A DNA stretch of 64,000 bases. Origin: Deltaproteobacteria bacterium (GTDB lineage: Bacteria > Myxococcota_A > Polyangia > Polyangiales > Houyiibacteriaceae). Position numbers and translations under genes: made by a program. The notes under the pieces were generated by a model. It did not search any database. It was not told the origin of the DNA and saw only the letters and a program-made list of their open reading frames with translations. Positions 28,989 through 39,996 of the stretch are shown one piece after another. Numbering within the stretch: position 1 is the stretch's first letter; the number at the start of each line of letters is the position of its first letter. Location of the stretch: the NCBI GenBank assembly GCA_004283055.1, contig SHLP01000003.1, positions 35,282-99,281 on the forward strand, read 5' to 3'.

Positions 28989-30488
28989 ATGTCGGGCTTT
29001 CTTTTGTCTATCGATCAGGGAACCACGGGTTCCACGGCCATGCTTCTGTCTCCCTCGGGGCAGGTCTTAGGGCGCGCAAACCACGAATTTCCGCAGCATT
29101 TTCCCCGTTCGGGCTGGGTCGAGCACGACCTCGAGGAGATCTGGAAAAGCGTAGGCGACGCGGTCCGCGACGCGATCGAGGGCGCCGGAGCTCGGGCGAC
29201 CGATTGTTTGGGAATCGGCATCACCAACCAGCGGGAGACGACCGTTCTTTGGGATCGGAAGACGGGGAGGGCAGTGCACAGGGCAATCGTCTGGCAGGAT
29301 CGCCGCACAGCCGATCGCTGCAAGGAGCTCAAGGACGCCGGCAAGGAGGCGATGTTTCGCCAGCGCACGGGCCTCGTGCTCGATCCGTACTTGGCGGGTA
29401 CCAAGCTCGAATGGCTGCTCGACCACGTCGATGGCGCACGGGCACGTGCCGAAAAGGGCGAGCTGGCTTTTGGGACGATTGACTCCTGGCTGGTCTACCG
29501 CTTGTCAGGCGGGAAGGTGCATGTAACCGATGCGAGCAATGCGTCGCGCACCCTGTTCTACGACATCGAGAAGGGCCGATGGGACGAGGAGCTCGCCGCG
29601 GTCCTGCGCGTGCCGATGGCGCTCCTGCCCGAGGTGCGCAGCAGCTCTGAAATCTACGCGCACAGCTCCGGCGTTCCCGGCTTGCCCGACGGCGTCCCTA
29701 TCGCTGGGATGGCAGGCGATCAACAAGCGGCCTTGTTCGGCCAGACCTGTTTCGAGGTGGGTGACGCCAAGTGCACCTATGGCACCGGCGCGTTCCTCCT
29801 GATGAACACTGGGACGAGCTTGGTACATTCCGACAACGGGCTCCTGACGACCATTGCATGGCGACTTGGAGATGAAACCGTCTACGCGCTCGAGGGGAGC
29901 GCATTCATCGCTGGCGCCGCGGTCCAGTGGCTGCGCGATGGGCTCGGCCTGATCTCCTCCTCAGACGAGGTCGAGTCGAAAGCGCGGGAGGTGGATGAAG
30001 CCGGTGACGTCGTTTTCGTCCCTGCTTTGGCGGGTTTGGGCGCGCCATACTGGGACCCGCATGCGCGGGGCCTCATCTACGGGCTGACGAGGGATACGAC
30101 GGCAGCGCACCTAGCGCGCGCGACCCTCGAGGGAATCGCTTTTCAAATCGTCGACTTGGTCGACGCCATGCAGGCCGATGCGGGTCGCCCGATCAAGCGA
30201 CTTAGGGTCGACGGTGGCGCGGCCCGAAATGACTTACTCATGCAATTTGAATCGGACATGGTCGGGTTGACGATCGATCGACCGCAGAATGTCGAAACGA
30301 CCGCTTTAGGAGCTGCTTACTTAGCTGGGATGGCCGTTGGTGTATTCAGCGGACTCGATTCGATTTTAGATGCTTACCGTATCGAGCGTAGCTTTGAGCC
30401 TCAGGTCACCCACGCTGAACGAGACGGGCACTTGAAGCGATGGCGCGACGCGGTGCGGCGGGCGCGAAGTACGATGGGAATAACATGA
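28989..30488 (+). CDS. glpK: Glycerol kinase
   Basis: IDQGTTGS, GITNQRETT, IVWQDRRT, AGDQQAALFG, KCTYGTG, RVDGGA, ETTALGAA. Confidence 0.96.
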   Translation: MSGFLLSIDQGTTGSTAMLLSPSGQVLGRANHEFPQHFPRSGWVEHDLEEIWKSVGDAVRDAIEGAGARATDCLGIGITNQRETTVLWDRKTGRAVHRAIVWQDRRTADRCKELKDAGKEAMFRQRTGLVLDPYLAGTKLEWLLDHVDGARARAEKGELAFGTIDSWLVYRLSGGKVHVTDASNASRTLFYDIEKGRWDEELAAVLRVPMALLPEVRSSSEIYAHSSGVPGLPDGVPIAGMAGDQQAALFGQTCFEVGDAKCTYGTGAFLLMNTGTSLVHSDNGLLTTIAWRLGDETVYALEGSAFIAGAAVQWLRDGLGLISSSDEVESKAREVDEAGDVVFVPALAGLGAPYWDPHARGLIYGLTRDTTAAHLARATLEGIAFQIVDLVDAMQADAGRPIKRLRVDGGAARNDLLMQFESDMVGLTIDRPQNVETTALGAAYLAGMAVGVFSGLDSILDAYRIERSFEPQVTHAERDGHLKRWRDAVRRARSTMGIT

Positions 30489-31246
30489 ATGAGAATGATG
30501 CCGGGCAAGACAAGCAAGACAAACACGACAAACAAATCAAGCACGAGGACAACGCGCTAGCCGTACCCGTAGCGTGGGAGGCACTGGAAGACGCATTCGA
30601 AAACAACGCACCCGAGGTGCACAGCTACTTGCACTTCGATACCGGCGAAGTGATCCGCATCGTCGACGGCGTTGCGGACCCGTCGATGCACACGCGCATC
30701 ATGAACGATGCCCGTTACCTTCGAATCGATCCGGTCTCGTCGCGCGAGCAGTACCGCTGGATGGAGCGTTTCATCGCGACGGTCGAAGACGAAGAGCTCA
30801 GAAGACGTCTCAACATCGCCATTGATGGGAAAGGCGCGTTTCGACGGTTCAAAGACGCGCTGATGAGCCACCCCGTCGATCGGGAGCGCTGGTTTGCCTT
30901 CCGATCCGAGCGTTTGCGCTCTTGCATGGAGTCCTGGCTGACCGCGCACGGCATCAGCTCTGTCGAGCGGCCCACCTGGCACGTTCCGACCGCCCAGGAG
31001 GTCAAGCCCGTTGCAGTCGAGGAGCCGGTGGAGCCGACGCCGAAAGCGGCCGTCCGTCGGGGGCGCAGCGACATCCAGCGCGCCCGGCTTCACGAGCTCG
31101 TCGACGCGCTTGCGTCTCAGGATATGGACTTGGCCCAGAGCTACCTGGAGCTGCTTCGCGACCGCCGGCATGCCGCCGGTCGCGCGCCGAGGGCAGGCTC
31201 GGACGCCTCGGTGGCCGCCGCCGCGAAGTCGGCCGACGAGGATTAA
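30485..31246 (+). CDS. UPF0158 family protein
   Basis: ALEDAFE..., EQYRWMERF, AIDGKGAFRRFKD, RERWFAF; ATGA overlap with glpK. Confidence 0.85.
   Translation: MNENDAGQDKQDKHDKQIKHEDNALAVPVAWEALEDAFENNAPEVHSYLHFDTGEVIRIVDGVADPSMHTRIMNDARYLRIDPVSSREQYRWMERFIATVEDEELRRRLNIAIDGKGAFRRFKDALMSHPVDRERWFAFRSERLRSCMESWLTAHGISSVERPTWHVPTAQEVKPVAVEEPVEPTPKAAVRRGRSDIQRARLHELVDALASQDMDLAQSYLELLRDRRHAAGRAPRAGSDASVAAAAKSADED
30506..30541 (+). repeat. Imperfect 9-nt tandem repeat x4 (in frame)
   Basis: caagacaag-caagacaaa-cacgacaaa-caaatcaag, encoding QDK-QDK-HDK-QIK. Confidence 0.7.
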
Positions 31247-31290
31247 AACCCGGACGAGGTCTCCGGCCTAGGCCCGTTCACATGGCTCAA

Positions 31291-31306
31291 CCACAACATA
31301 TAGTGG
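31291..31306. promoter_or_regulatory. NrdR-box-like palindrome upstream of smc
   Basis: CCACAACATATAGTGG versus consensus acaCwAtATaTwGtgt; AT-rich element in a GC-rich genome. Confidence 0.55.
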
Positions 31307-31401
31307 GGGTCAGGGTCTGACCCTCGCTTCTGGTCGCGTCACCCGTTGCAATCCCGTATGTTCAGTGATAGCCACGTCCAACTACTCCTTTGGGGGGCAG
31401 A

Positions 31402-34400
31402 GTGAAGATCAAGAAGCTCCAAATCGTTGGCTTCAAATCCTTCGTCGATACGACGACGGTCCATTTTGACCATGACATCACCTGTGTCGTCGGGCCGAAT
31501 GGTTGCGGCAAGTCCAACATCGTGGACGCCATCAAGTGGTGCATGGGCGAGCAGTCCCCGTCCCGGCTTCGGGGCAAGCAGATGGAGGACATCATCTTCA
31601 GCGGAGCTGAAGGCAGGGGGCCCCACGGGTTCGCCGAGGTCACGATGACCTTCGACAATCGAGATGGCCTCGCGCCCGCCGAATACAGCGATTACGCCGA
31701 AATTCAAGTCACCCGGCGTCTCGACCGACAGGGCAACAGCGACTATCTCATCAATCGCACTCCGGTCCGCCTCCTCGATATCACCAACCTCTTCCTAGGA
31801 ACGGGCGTGGGGAAGCGCGCGTACTCGATCATCGAGCAGGGCCGCATTGGCTTCATCGTTACCTCCAAGCCCGAGGATCGCCGTTCGATGATCGAAGAGG
31901 CTGCGGGCATCAGCAAGTTCAAGTTGAGCAAGCGTGCTGCCGAACGAAAGATGGATCAAACACGCCAGAACCTCCTGCGCGTCACGGACATCATCGGTGA
32001 GCTGGAGCGCAGTCTCGCTTCACTCAAAAGGCAGGCGCAAAAAGCGGAGCGCTACAAGCGCTACAAGAAAGAAATGCGAGACCTCGACTTGTGGGTCGCA
32101 TCGCATCGCTTCCTCGAGCTCAGAGGGCAAATGGGCTCGGTCTCTGCCCGCTTGTCGCAGGCCAGCGAGGACATGCAAGCAAGCCGGCACGCATTGGTCG
32201 CGAGTGAGGCGTCGGTCGAGGCGGAGCGCGTAGCGCTGTTGCAGCAAGGCTCCGAGGTCGAGCGTGGACAGAGTCACGCGTACGAGCTCGACAATTCGGT
32301 GCGGCAGCTCGAAGGGCTGATCCGACAGCAGCAGGATCGACAGGCTGCGTTGATCGAACGCAAAGACCTAGCGAGCCGCGAGCTACGCCAACTCGAAGAA
32401 CAACGCCAGGGCTTGCATGAAGAAGCATCCACCGTTCGTCTATCTCTGGGCGAGCTCGAGGCGCTGGAAGCCGAGACGGGCGAGCTCTTGGCCGACGTCC
32501 AGGCAGAGCTCGAAATACGCAAAAACGCAGCAGAAGAGGCCGAATCGAAGCTGCAGAGCGCCCGCACTGACCTGGCCGAGGGACGGGCCCGCGTTGCGGG
32601 CGCCGAGGCGGTTCTCGAGGGTTATGACGGGCGTCGCAGCGAGGTTCGGGCGCGTCTCGAACGCTTGCAGGAAGAGCTGCAAGCCCTTGCCGCGCGCGAG
32701 GTCGAGTTCAAGCAGCAGCGCGGAGAGCTCGAGGCGCGAATGCACGGGCTGCGGAGCGGTAAGTCGGAAACCGCGGACCGGCACGCCGAAATCGAAGCAT
32801 CGTTGGCCTCGGGCAAGGACGCGCTCCACCGTGCGGACGCGGAAGTCGATTCGCTCCGGGAGGCGTTGGCGGTCACGAGCTCGCGGCTGCGGTCGATCAA
32901 CGAAATCCACGAGCGTTTCGAAGGAGTCGGCGCAGGCGCACAGGCGGTCCTGACGGGATACGCGAGCGCCGCAGGTGATTCGTCCCGCTCGGGCCTGGTG
33001 GGCTTGGTTGCCGATCGCTTGGAGTGCGCGCCCGAGCACGTGCGCGCTCTGGGCGCCGCGCTCGGTGGCGCGCTCGAGTACCTGCTCGTCAACGATACGG
33101 ATTCTGCGCTGCGTGCAGCCGACTACCTTGCGCGCGAAGAGAAAGGCCGGGCGACCTTTTTGCCGCGCTCTCCGACCGGCGCCCCGCGCGTCGTTCCCCA
33201 ATTCCCCACCGGGATGGGCATCGTCGCGCCTCTGCTGACTCTGCTGCGTTACTCCCAGACCGACGACAGCTGGGTGCGCTACCTCCTGTTCGACGTTCTG
33301 GTGGTCGATGACTTGCAGACTGCGGCTCGTCTTCACCGTGACGGTTTCCAAGGGAAGCTGGTGACGCTGGACGGTCAGGCATTGCTACGCGACGGGGCCG
33401 TGGTGGGTGGTGCCAAGGACGAGTCGGCGGCCCATCTGCTCAGGCTCAAGCGAGAGATACGCGAGCTGGAGGAATTGGCGGCTTCGCAGCGCGCCGCCCT
33501 CGAACAGGCGACTGCCCAGCAGGGCGGGCTTCGTTCCAGCATCGCCGAGGGGCAAGCGGCCATCGATTCAGCTCGGGTTCAGGCCCATGACGCGGAATTG
33601 GAGATCCTCGGGTCGGAGCGAGACCTGCGGCTCGTCGAGTTGGAGCTTCAGCGGATCGAGGAGCGGCGCCGTGAGATCGCGGACACCGACGGCGAAGGGC
33701 GGGCCGCGCTCTCGCAGGTCGACGTGGACGAGGCCAACAGCCGGCGCATGCTGAGCGAGGCCCAGCATGTCGTCACCCACACCGAGGAAGCCGTGCAGGT
33801 TGCCGAGAGCGTTCTCGTCGAGCGGCGACGGGTGGTCGAAGAGCAGTTGGCCAAGGCGACGGAGGTGAAGGTTGCGGCGACGCAGTCGCGGGAGCGCGCC
33901 GACCGCGAGCGTTCGGTCATCGGGCAGCTCGAGCGTGCTGTCGCGGAGCTCGACGCGCGTGAAGCGCGCCTGCGAGAGGACGTCGCCGTCGCCGATCGCG
34001 ACCGGGGCCAGGCCGCCGGTCGTATCCTATTGCACCATGGTCGATTGAGCGAGACCGCTCACGAGGCCGCGATGGCTCGCCAAGAGCTTTCACGCCAACG
34101 CGCCGACTTCGACGAAGCGCAGACGCAGCTGGGCATATCGGAGGCTTCGCTCAAGGAGCTCCGCTCGAGCATCGACGTTCAGTCGACCGAGCTCAACGAG
34201 CTGACTCTCCGCGATCGCGAGATCAGCCTGTCGCTCGAGCACCTCGAAGAGCAGGTTCAGGACAAGCATCGCGTCGAGCTGGCGTACGTCCTCGGTGACC
34301 ACCACGCGCGACCCGTGCCCGACGCCGAGGTGACCGCGCGAGCGGAGGAATTGCAGCGGCTCATCGATCGCATGGGCGAGATCAACCTCACGGCGATCGA

Positions 34401-35007
34401 GGAGTACGAGGAGAACGCGCAGCGCTACGAGTACCTCACCGCTCAGCGCCGCGATCTCGATGACGCTCTGAACAAGCTCGACAAGGCGATTCGGCAAATG
34501 AACCGAGAGAGCCGTGCGCTCTTCCGCGAGGCGTTCGCCGCGATCAATGAGCGATTCAAGCGAATTTTCCCGATGCTCTTCCGTGGCGGCAAGGCCGAGC
34601 TGAGGCTGACCGATCCGCAGGACATGCTCGAAACCGGGGTCGAGATCATCGCGCAACCGCCAGGCAAGCGGCTCGGGTCACTCGAGCTCATGAGCGGTGG
34701 CGAAAAGGCGCTCACCGCGGTTGCCCTGATTTTCGCGATCTTCCAATACAAGCCAAGCCCCTTCTGCCTGCTCGACGAGGTCGATGCGCCGCTCGACGAA
34801 GCCAACATCGGCCGCTTCGCCGAAACCATTCAACAGATGACCGATCGCTCGCAGTTCATCATCATCACGCACTCGAAGCGCACCATGGAGTTCGCCGACG
34901 TTCTCTATGGAGTCACGATGGAGCAGCCGGGAGTCTCGAAGCTCGTCTCCGTCGAGCTGCGTGGCGAAAAACGCCCCCTCTCTCAGTCCGTAGAAGCCGC
35001 CGAATAG
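31402..35007 (+). CDS. smc: Chromosome segregation protein SMC
   Basis: GFKSF, Walker A GPNGCGKSN, hinge, signature MSGGE, Walker B LLDEVDAPLD; GTG start at 31402. Confidence 0.96.
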   Translation: MKIKKLQIVGFKSFVDTTTVHFDHDITCVVGPNGCGKSNIVDAIKWCMGEQSPSRLRGKQMEDIIFSGAEGRGPHGFAEVTMTFDNRDGLAPAEYSDYAEIQVTRRLDRQGNSDYLINRTPVRLLDITNLFLGTGVGKRAYSIIEQGRIGFIVTSKPEDRRSMIEEAAGISKFKLSKRAAERKMDQTRQNLLRVTDIIGELERSLASLKRQAQKAERYKRYKKEMRDLDLWVASHRFLELRGQMGSVSARLSQASEDMQASRHALVASEASVEAERVALLQQGSEVERGQSHAYELDNSVRQLEGLIRQQQDRQAALIERKDLASRELRQLEEQRQGLHEEASTVRLSLGELEALEAETGELLADVQAELEIRKNAAEEAESKLQSARTDLAEGRARVAGAEAVLEGYDGRRSEVRARLERLQEELQALAAREVEFKQQRGELEARMHGLRSGKSETADRHAEIEASLASGKDALHRADAEVDSLREALAVTSSRLRSINEIHERFEGVGAGAQAVLTGYASAAGDSSRSGLVGLVADRLECAPEHVRALGAALGGALEYLLVNDTDSALRAADYLAREEKGRATFLPRSPTGAPRVVPQFPTGMGIVAPLLTLLRYSQTDDSWVRYLLFDVLVVDDLQTAARLHRDGFQGKLVTLDGQALLRDGAVVGGAKDESAAHLLRLKREIRELEELAASQRAALEQATAQQGGLRSSIAEGQAAIDSARVQAHDAELEILGSERDLRLVELELQRIEERRREIADTDGEGRAALSQVDVDEANSRRMLSEAQHVVTHTEEAVQVAESVLVERRRVVEEQLAKATEVKVAATQSRERADRERSVIGQLERAVAELDAREARLREDVAVADRDRGQAAGRILLHHGRLSETAHEAAMARQELSRQRADFDEAQTQLGISEASLKELRSSIDVQSTELNELTLRDREISLSLEHLEEQVQDKHRVELAYVLGDHHARPVPDAEVTARAEELQRLIDRMGEINLTAIEEYEENAQRYEYLTAQRRDLDDALNKLDKAIRQMNRESRALFREAFAAINERFKRIFPMLFRGGKAELRLTDPQDMLETGVEIIAQPPGKRLGSLELMSGGEKALTAVALIFAIFQYKPSPFCLLDEVDAPLDEANIGRFAETIQQMTDRSQFIIITHSKRTMEFADVLYGVTMEQPGVSKLVSVELRGEKRPLSQSVEAAE

Positions 35008-35013
35008 GTCAAT

Positions 35014-36324
35014 TTGCGGGCGTCTGGGTCGAGCCGAGGGTTCCTGGACTTGTGGTCCGGGGTCGGTCTGGTCGTCGCGAACATGGTCGGCGCAGGCGTA
35101 TTTCTGAGCGCTGGGTTCATGTCGCAGGAGCTGAGCGCTGGATGGATTCTCGCCGCCTGGGGCATCGGCGGCCTCCTGGCGATGGCGGGGGCCCGCACCT
35201 ACGCCGAGGCGGCCTTGATGATTCCGCGCTCGGGCGGTGAGTACCGCTATCTGTCCGAGCTTCTGAGCCCCGCGGTCGGTTATCTCGCAGGCTGGGCTTC
35301 GCTCCTCGTGGGTTTCTCGGCGCCGATGGCGATCAGCACGTTTGCGGCCGCAGCATTCGCTTTCGCGGTCTTCGGACTACCCAACCCGCGCCTGGGCGCC
35401 GCGGTCCTCATCGTGCTTCTGACCCTATTTCACGCAGCTGGCCTTGGGCTTTCGAAGTGGACGCAGAACGGCCTGGTGATTCTCAAGGGGCTCTTGATTC
35501 TCGCCTTCGTGACGCTGGGGCTGTGCTTGGGCGAAACGCAGTGGCCCAATTGGGCGCCGCCCAACGAGCCGCCGAGCCTTGCGCTATCGTTCGCGAGCAG
35601 CCTCTTCTTCGTCGCGTACGCCTTCTCCGGCTGGAATGCGGCAGCCTACGCCGCCGAGGAGTTCCGTTCGCCGCGCCGTGACGTTCCGCGGGCGATGTTG
35701 ACCGGATGCGCGATCGTTGCGGTTGCGTACGTCCTGGTAAACTGGATTCTCGTGGCGAACCTGAGCCCGGAGCGCGCGCAGGTCGTCTTCGAGTACGAAG
35801 AGGCAAAGATCACGCTCGGACACGTCGTCGCCCAGGATCTCCTCGGCGACTTAGGGGCCCGCGCCATGTCCTTGGGCATCGCGGCGATCATGGTTTCGAG
35901 CAGTAGCGCAATGCTCTTGGTGGGTCCGCGTGTCTACGCAGAAATGGCTCGGGACGGGTTTCTGCCCCCGTTTCTTCGAGGTGAACCCGGGTCGCCACCG
36001 CGCGCCGCCGTGGCTCTTCAGGGCGCGATTGCGATTGCGCTCTTGTACATGCACAGCGTCGGGGAGCTCCTGAGCAATGTGGCGGGCATCCTCGTGTTCT
36101 TTTCCGCGCTGGTTGCCGTTGGCCTGCTCACGGTTCGTTGGCGCCGGCCCGATCTCCAGACGCCACGCGCCGCGGCGCTCTTTGCAGCCGCGGTCTACGC
36201 AGCTTCATCGGTTTGGATGCTCTACAGCGCCTTCAAGGCGCAAACGGGGCTGCTTCCATGGATTGCGCTGGCGATGGGAGCGGCCCTCGTCGCCTACGCG
36301 CTGAGCGCGAGGGCGCCTAGCTGA
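35014..36324 (+). CDS. APC-family amino acid permease
   Basis: [37 protein letters not shown]; about 12 TM helices. Confidence 0.9.
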   Translation: MRASGSSRGFLDLWSGVGLVVANMVGAGVFLSAGFMSQELSAGWILAAWGIGGLLAMAGARTYAEAALMIPRSGGEYRYLSELLSPAVGYLAGWASLLVGFSAPMAISTFAAAAFAFAVFGLPNPRLGAAVLIVLLTLFHAAGLGLSKWTQNGLVILKGLLILAFVTLGLCLGETQWPNWAPPNEPPSLALSFASSLFFVAYAFSGWNAAAYAAEEFRSPRRDVPRAMLTGCAIVAVAYVLVNWILVANLSPERAQVVFEYEEAKITLGHVVAQDLLGDLGARAMSLGIAAIMVSSSSAMLLVGPRVYAEMARDGFLPPFLRGEPGSPPRAAVALQGAIAIALLYMHSVGELLSNVAGILVFFSALVAVGLLTVRWRRPDLQTPRAAALFAAAVYAASSVWMLYSAFKAQTGLLPWIALAMGAALVAYALSARAPS

Positions 36325-38599
36325 CGATCGCGTCCAGGGCCGACGCGTGCGCTTCGGCGAGCTCTTCCACCGGCACCTCGCAGGCGCCGTCAATCGCGAC
36401 GGTCTGGCCCGTGACCGTTCCAATCTTCTCGAATGGCACTCCGTGTCGTGCGCAGATGTCACCGACCTGACCGGCATGGCTCGGGGAGAGACTGACGAGG
36501 ATCCGCGTTGGTTCTTCGCTGAAGAGCAGGGCGTGCGCGGGCGCGTCCTCACTCGAGGGCAGGCTCACCTGTGCGCCGTGTCCGTACGCGATGCACGACT
36601 CGGCCAGCGCGACCGCGAAGCCGCCGTCGCTGATGTCGTGAGCGCTTCGCAGAAGCTTCTTCTTTGCAAGCGCGAGCATCGCGTGCTGGAGCTCCGCTTC
36701 CGCGTCGAGGTCGATCCCGACGGGCGCGCCCGTTACCGAGCCGCTGCGCTGCGCGAGCCACTCGGAGCCGCCGAGCACTCCGCGGGAAGGGCGCCCTAGG
36801 TGCGCAATGACATCGCCTTCGGACAGAAATCCAAGTCCAATGCGATGCTCGGGGTCTTCGAGTTGCCCCACGACGGCGACCGTCGGCGTTGGCAAGATGG
36901 CCTTGCCATCGGTCTCGTTGTAGAGGCTGACATTGCCTGAGACGACAGGCGCGCCCAGGGCGCTACACGCCGCAGCCAAACCGTCGATTGCCTGTGAAAA
37001 GCGCCACATCTGCTCGGGCACTTCGGGGTTACCGAAGTTCAGGCAGTCGGTGAGGCCAAGTGGCTTCGCACCAACGCAGACGATGTTGCGCGTGCACTCG
37101 GCGACCGCCATTGCGGCGCCGGCGTAGGGATCGAGCTCTACGTGTCGGCCGTTGCAGTCGACGGAGATGGCGAGGAACTTCTCGCGTGACCCACCGGCAT
37201 CTTCGCAGAACGCGCGAATCACCGCAGCGTCCCCGTCCCCGGGACGAATCACCGTTCCGTTTCCGACGATGTGATCGTACTGCCGCCAGATCCAAGAACG
37301 GCTTCCGATGTTGGGCGAGCCGATCAGGCGCACGAGCTCGGCGCCCAGGTCTTCAGGACCGTCTCCGGTCATCGTGAAGAGCCTGGCCTCATCCGAACGC
37401 CCCCGCTGGGGGCGATCGTACTTGGGTGCTGCGTTGGTGAGCAGGTCGACCGGAAGATCGACGACGACCACCGGGTCCGGCTCACCCGTTCCGTCGAACG
37501 GGTCGTAGCCGGGGGTAGCTTTGCAGACGAAGCGCCCGGTATCCGTCACGCGGCCGACGATCGACGCGTCGAGGTCCCACTTGGCACAGATATCGAACAC
37601 TTCTTGCTCGCGCCCCGCCTTGGCGACCATCAGCATGCGTTCTTGCGACTCGCTCAGCAGCATTTCGTAGGGGCTCAATGCCTTGGTCCGGCGGGGAATC
37701 GCGTCGAGATCGAGCTCGATGCCATTGCCCGCGCGGTCCGCCATTTCGACCGACGACGAGGTCAGCCCCGCTGCGCCCATGTCCTGTACGCCAGACAGGC
37801 AATCGGTGGCGAAGATCTCCAGGCAGGCTTCGAGCAGCAGCTTCTCCATGAACGGGTCGCCCACCTGCACCGTCGGGAGCTTGCTGTCGGTCTCCTCGCC
37901 GAACTCCGCGCTCGCCATGGTGGCGCCGTGGATTCCGTCTCTGCCTGTCTTGGCGCCGACATAGAGGATCGGGTTGCCGATGCCTTCTGCAACTCCGAAG
38001 AAGAGGTCGTCGGTCTTGGCTATTCCCACGGTGAACGCGTTGACCAGGATGTTGCCGTCATAGCTCGCGTCGAACTGGACTTCGCCGCCGACGGTCGGGA
38101 CGCCGATGCAATTGCCGTAGCCGCCGATGCCTGCGACCACGCCCTTGAGGAGCTGAGGAGTCCTCGGGTGATCGGGGCGACCAAACCGGAGTGAGTTCAA
38201 CGACGCGACCGGACGCGCGCCCATCGTGAAGACGTCGCGTAGGATGCCGCCCACGCCGGTTGCCGCGCCCTGGTAGGGTTCGATATACGATGGGTGGTTG
38301 TGCGACTCCATCTTGAACACCGCGCAGAAGCCATCGCCGATATCGACGGCCCCAGCGTTCTCACCGGGCCCCTGAACGACCTGCGGCCCTGTGGTCGGCA
38401 GGCGAGCGAGGTGAACCCGTGAGGACTTGTACGAGCAGTGCTCGGACCACATCACGCTGATGACCCCGAGCTCTGCGTAGCTGGGCGCGCGCTCGAGGGT
38501 GCTGAGGACGCGCTTCCACTCCTCCGCCGCTAGACCAAACTCGCGTGCGATTTCGGGAGAGCTATCCGGCTCTCCGGGAAAGTTGGCTGGTGTGCTCAT
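36317..38599 (-). CDS. purL: Phosphoribosylformylglycinamidine synthase subunit PurL
   Basis: [50 protein letters not shown]. Confidence 0.97.
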   Translation of the reverse strand: MSTPANFPGEPDSSPEIAREFGLAAEEWKRVLSTLERAPSYAELGVISVMWSEHCSYKSSRVHLARLPTTGPQVVQGPGENAGAVDIGDGFCAVFKMESHNHPSYIEPYQGAATGVGGILRDVFTMGARPVASLNSLRFGRPDHPRTPQLLKGVVAGIGGYGNCIGVPTVGGEVQFDASYDGNILVNAFTVGIAKTDDLFFGVAEGIGNPILYVGAKTGRDGIHGATMASAEFGEETDSKLPTVQVGDPFMEKLLLEACLEIFATDCLSGVQDMGAAGLTSSSVEMADRAGNGIELDLDAIPRRTKALSPYEMLLSESQERMLMVAKAGREQEVFDICAKWDLDASIVGRVTDTGRFVCKATPGYDPFDGTGEPDPVVVVDLPVDLLTNAAPKYDRPQRGRSDEARLFTMTGDGPEDLGAELVRLIGSPNIGSRSWIWRQYDHIVGNGTVIRPGDGDAAVIRAFCEDAGGSREKFLAISVDCNGRHVELDPYAGAAMAVAECTRNIVCVGAKPLGLTDCLNFGNPEVPEQMWRFSQAIDGLAAACSALGAPVVSGNVSLYNETDGKAILPTPTVAVVGQLEDPEHRIGLGFLSEGDVIAHLGRPSRGVLGGSEWLAQRSGSVTGAPVGIDLDAEAELQHAMLALAKKKLLRSAHDISDGGFAVALAESCIAYGHGAQVSLPSSEDAPAHALLFSEEPTRILVSLSPSHAGQVGDICARHGVPFEKIGTVTGQTVAIDGACEVPVEELAEAHASALDAIVS

Positions 38600-39291
38600 T
38601 CGAACCCCAAATGACGCCGAAGCGATGTGAAGAGCGCGAACCCGTCGTCGTTGCCCAGGATGGTTTCGCTCGCACGTTCCGGGTGCGGCATCATGCCGAG
38701 CACGTTCTTCTCACGGTTGTAGAGACCGGCGATGTCTCCCACCGAGCCGTTCGGATTTGCATCGCTGCCCTCGGGCTCGCCGCCGCCTCGCGTGCAGTAG
38801 CGAAACGCGATCTGCCCGTGGCGTTCGAGGTCGGCAAGACCATCCTCGGTGGTGTGGTACCGGCCGTCTGCATGCGCAATGGGGAGGCGGAGAACCTTGC
38901 CTCGTCCCATGTCGGTGAACGGACCTTCGTTTTCGACTCTGAGATGGATGTCGCGGCACTCGAAGCGAAGATGAGCATTCCTGGTGAGTGCACCGGGTAG
39001 GAGCCCCATCTCCGTCAGAATCTGAAACCCGTTGCAGATACCGAGCACCGGGCCGCCTCGGCCGGCGAACTCGCGGACGGAGTGGTCGATCGGACTGAAG
39101 CCCGCGATCGCGCCGGCGCGAAGGTAGTCACCGTACGAAAAACCGCCGGGAATCACGACGGCGTCCGCGTCGCCGAGGCTCGTCCCTTTGTGGAAGGCGT
39201 ACCAGGCGTCTGCGCCCAAGACGTCGCGGACCGCGTGAAGGGCGTCCCAGTCGGCGTTCGAGCCTGGAAATTGTAAAACAGCGACTCTCAT
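38596..39291 (-). CDS. purQ: Phosphoribosylformylglycinamidine synthase subunit PurQ
   Basis: [35 protein letters not shown]. Confidence 0.96.
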   Translation of the reverse strand: MRVAVLQFPGSNADWDALHAVRDVLGADAWYAFHKGTSLGDADAVVIPGGFSYGDYLRAGAIAGFSPIDHSVREFAGRGGPVLGICNGFQILTEMGLLPGALTRNAHLRFECRDIHLRVENEGPFTDMGRGKVLRLPIAHADGRYHTTEDGLADLERHGQIAFRYCTRGGGEPEGSDANPNGSVGDIAGLYNREKNVLGMMPHPERASETILGNDDGFALFTSLRRHLGFE

Positions 39292-39361
39292 CTGACGGTT
39301 CCCTGCTCCTCGGCGCGCGGAGCATAGAACGGACCGGCCCGCAGGCAACGCGGAAGCGATG

Positions 39362-39988
39362 CTATCGAATCCGCTCGAAATAGCCGTGGCTGATCTCGGG
39401 TTCGAGACCTGCCACCGGGGTCAAGCGAAAGACGATCGTGCCTCTGCAGCTCGACGCGTCAACAACCCCGTAGGCACGGCTGTCCTGGCCCATGTAGCCG
39501 CGGTAGTCACCGAGAAGGTAGAGCCTCCCCGCGGGGACCTCCGCTTTGTCGACGTGGTGCCGACGGTTTTCGCCGAGGAAGATCTGGTGGTTGCCGGTGC
39601 CGAGGTACTCGTCGCCCCAGGTCACCTGGACCGTCCGGTCGGTGTCCTCGTTGTAGAACGAGCCGCTTCCGCCTCCGTTGTATTCGACCGGCTTGCCGTC
39701 GATGAAAAGCTCGGTCCCAAACGAATGGATCGTCATCCCTTCGGTTGCCGCGACGCGGGCAACGACCCAGCCGACCTCGGTAGGATGTTGGCAAACCGCG
39801 ATCGATCCCAGGGTGGGGGCCGCTTTTTTGCGGATCAGTACACGCTCTCCGCGAAGCAAAGTAGGCGCCATCCCGTTGTGTCCCACCTCCGCCATGTCGA
39901 ACAGGAATACCTTGAGGGCCAGGGCGATGACGATCAGGGCCGCGCCCACCCAGGAAAGGCATCCAAGCCCGCTGCGAATCGCCCCCAT
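39362..39988 (-). CDS. Signal peptidase I (S26) homologue lacking the catalytic Ser/Lys
   Basis: One TM, box B remnant HNGMAPTL, box D remnant VVARVAA, box E VPAGRLYLLGDYR...DSRAYG. Confidence 0.8.
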   Translation of the reverse strand: MGAIRSGLGCLSWVGAALIVIALALKVFLFDMAEVGHNGMAPTLLRGERVLIRKKAAPTLGSIAVCQHPTEVGWVVARVAATEGMTIHSFGTELFIDGKPVEYNGGGSGSFYNEDTDRTVQVTWGDEYLGTGNHQIFLGENRRHHVDKAEVPAGRLYLLGDYRGYMGQDSRAYGVVDASSCRGTIVFRLTPVAGLEPEISHGYFERIR

Positions 39989-39996
39989 CCCCCTCG

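Noticed and set aside
36317-39291. purS absent next to purQL, and scpAB absent next to smc
   Set aside because: These genes are commonly unlinked; not informative without the whole genome.
39362-39988. Calling this gene a functional lepB
   Set aside because: Catalytic Ser and Lys positions are substituted; reported as a probable pseudo-enzyme.
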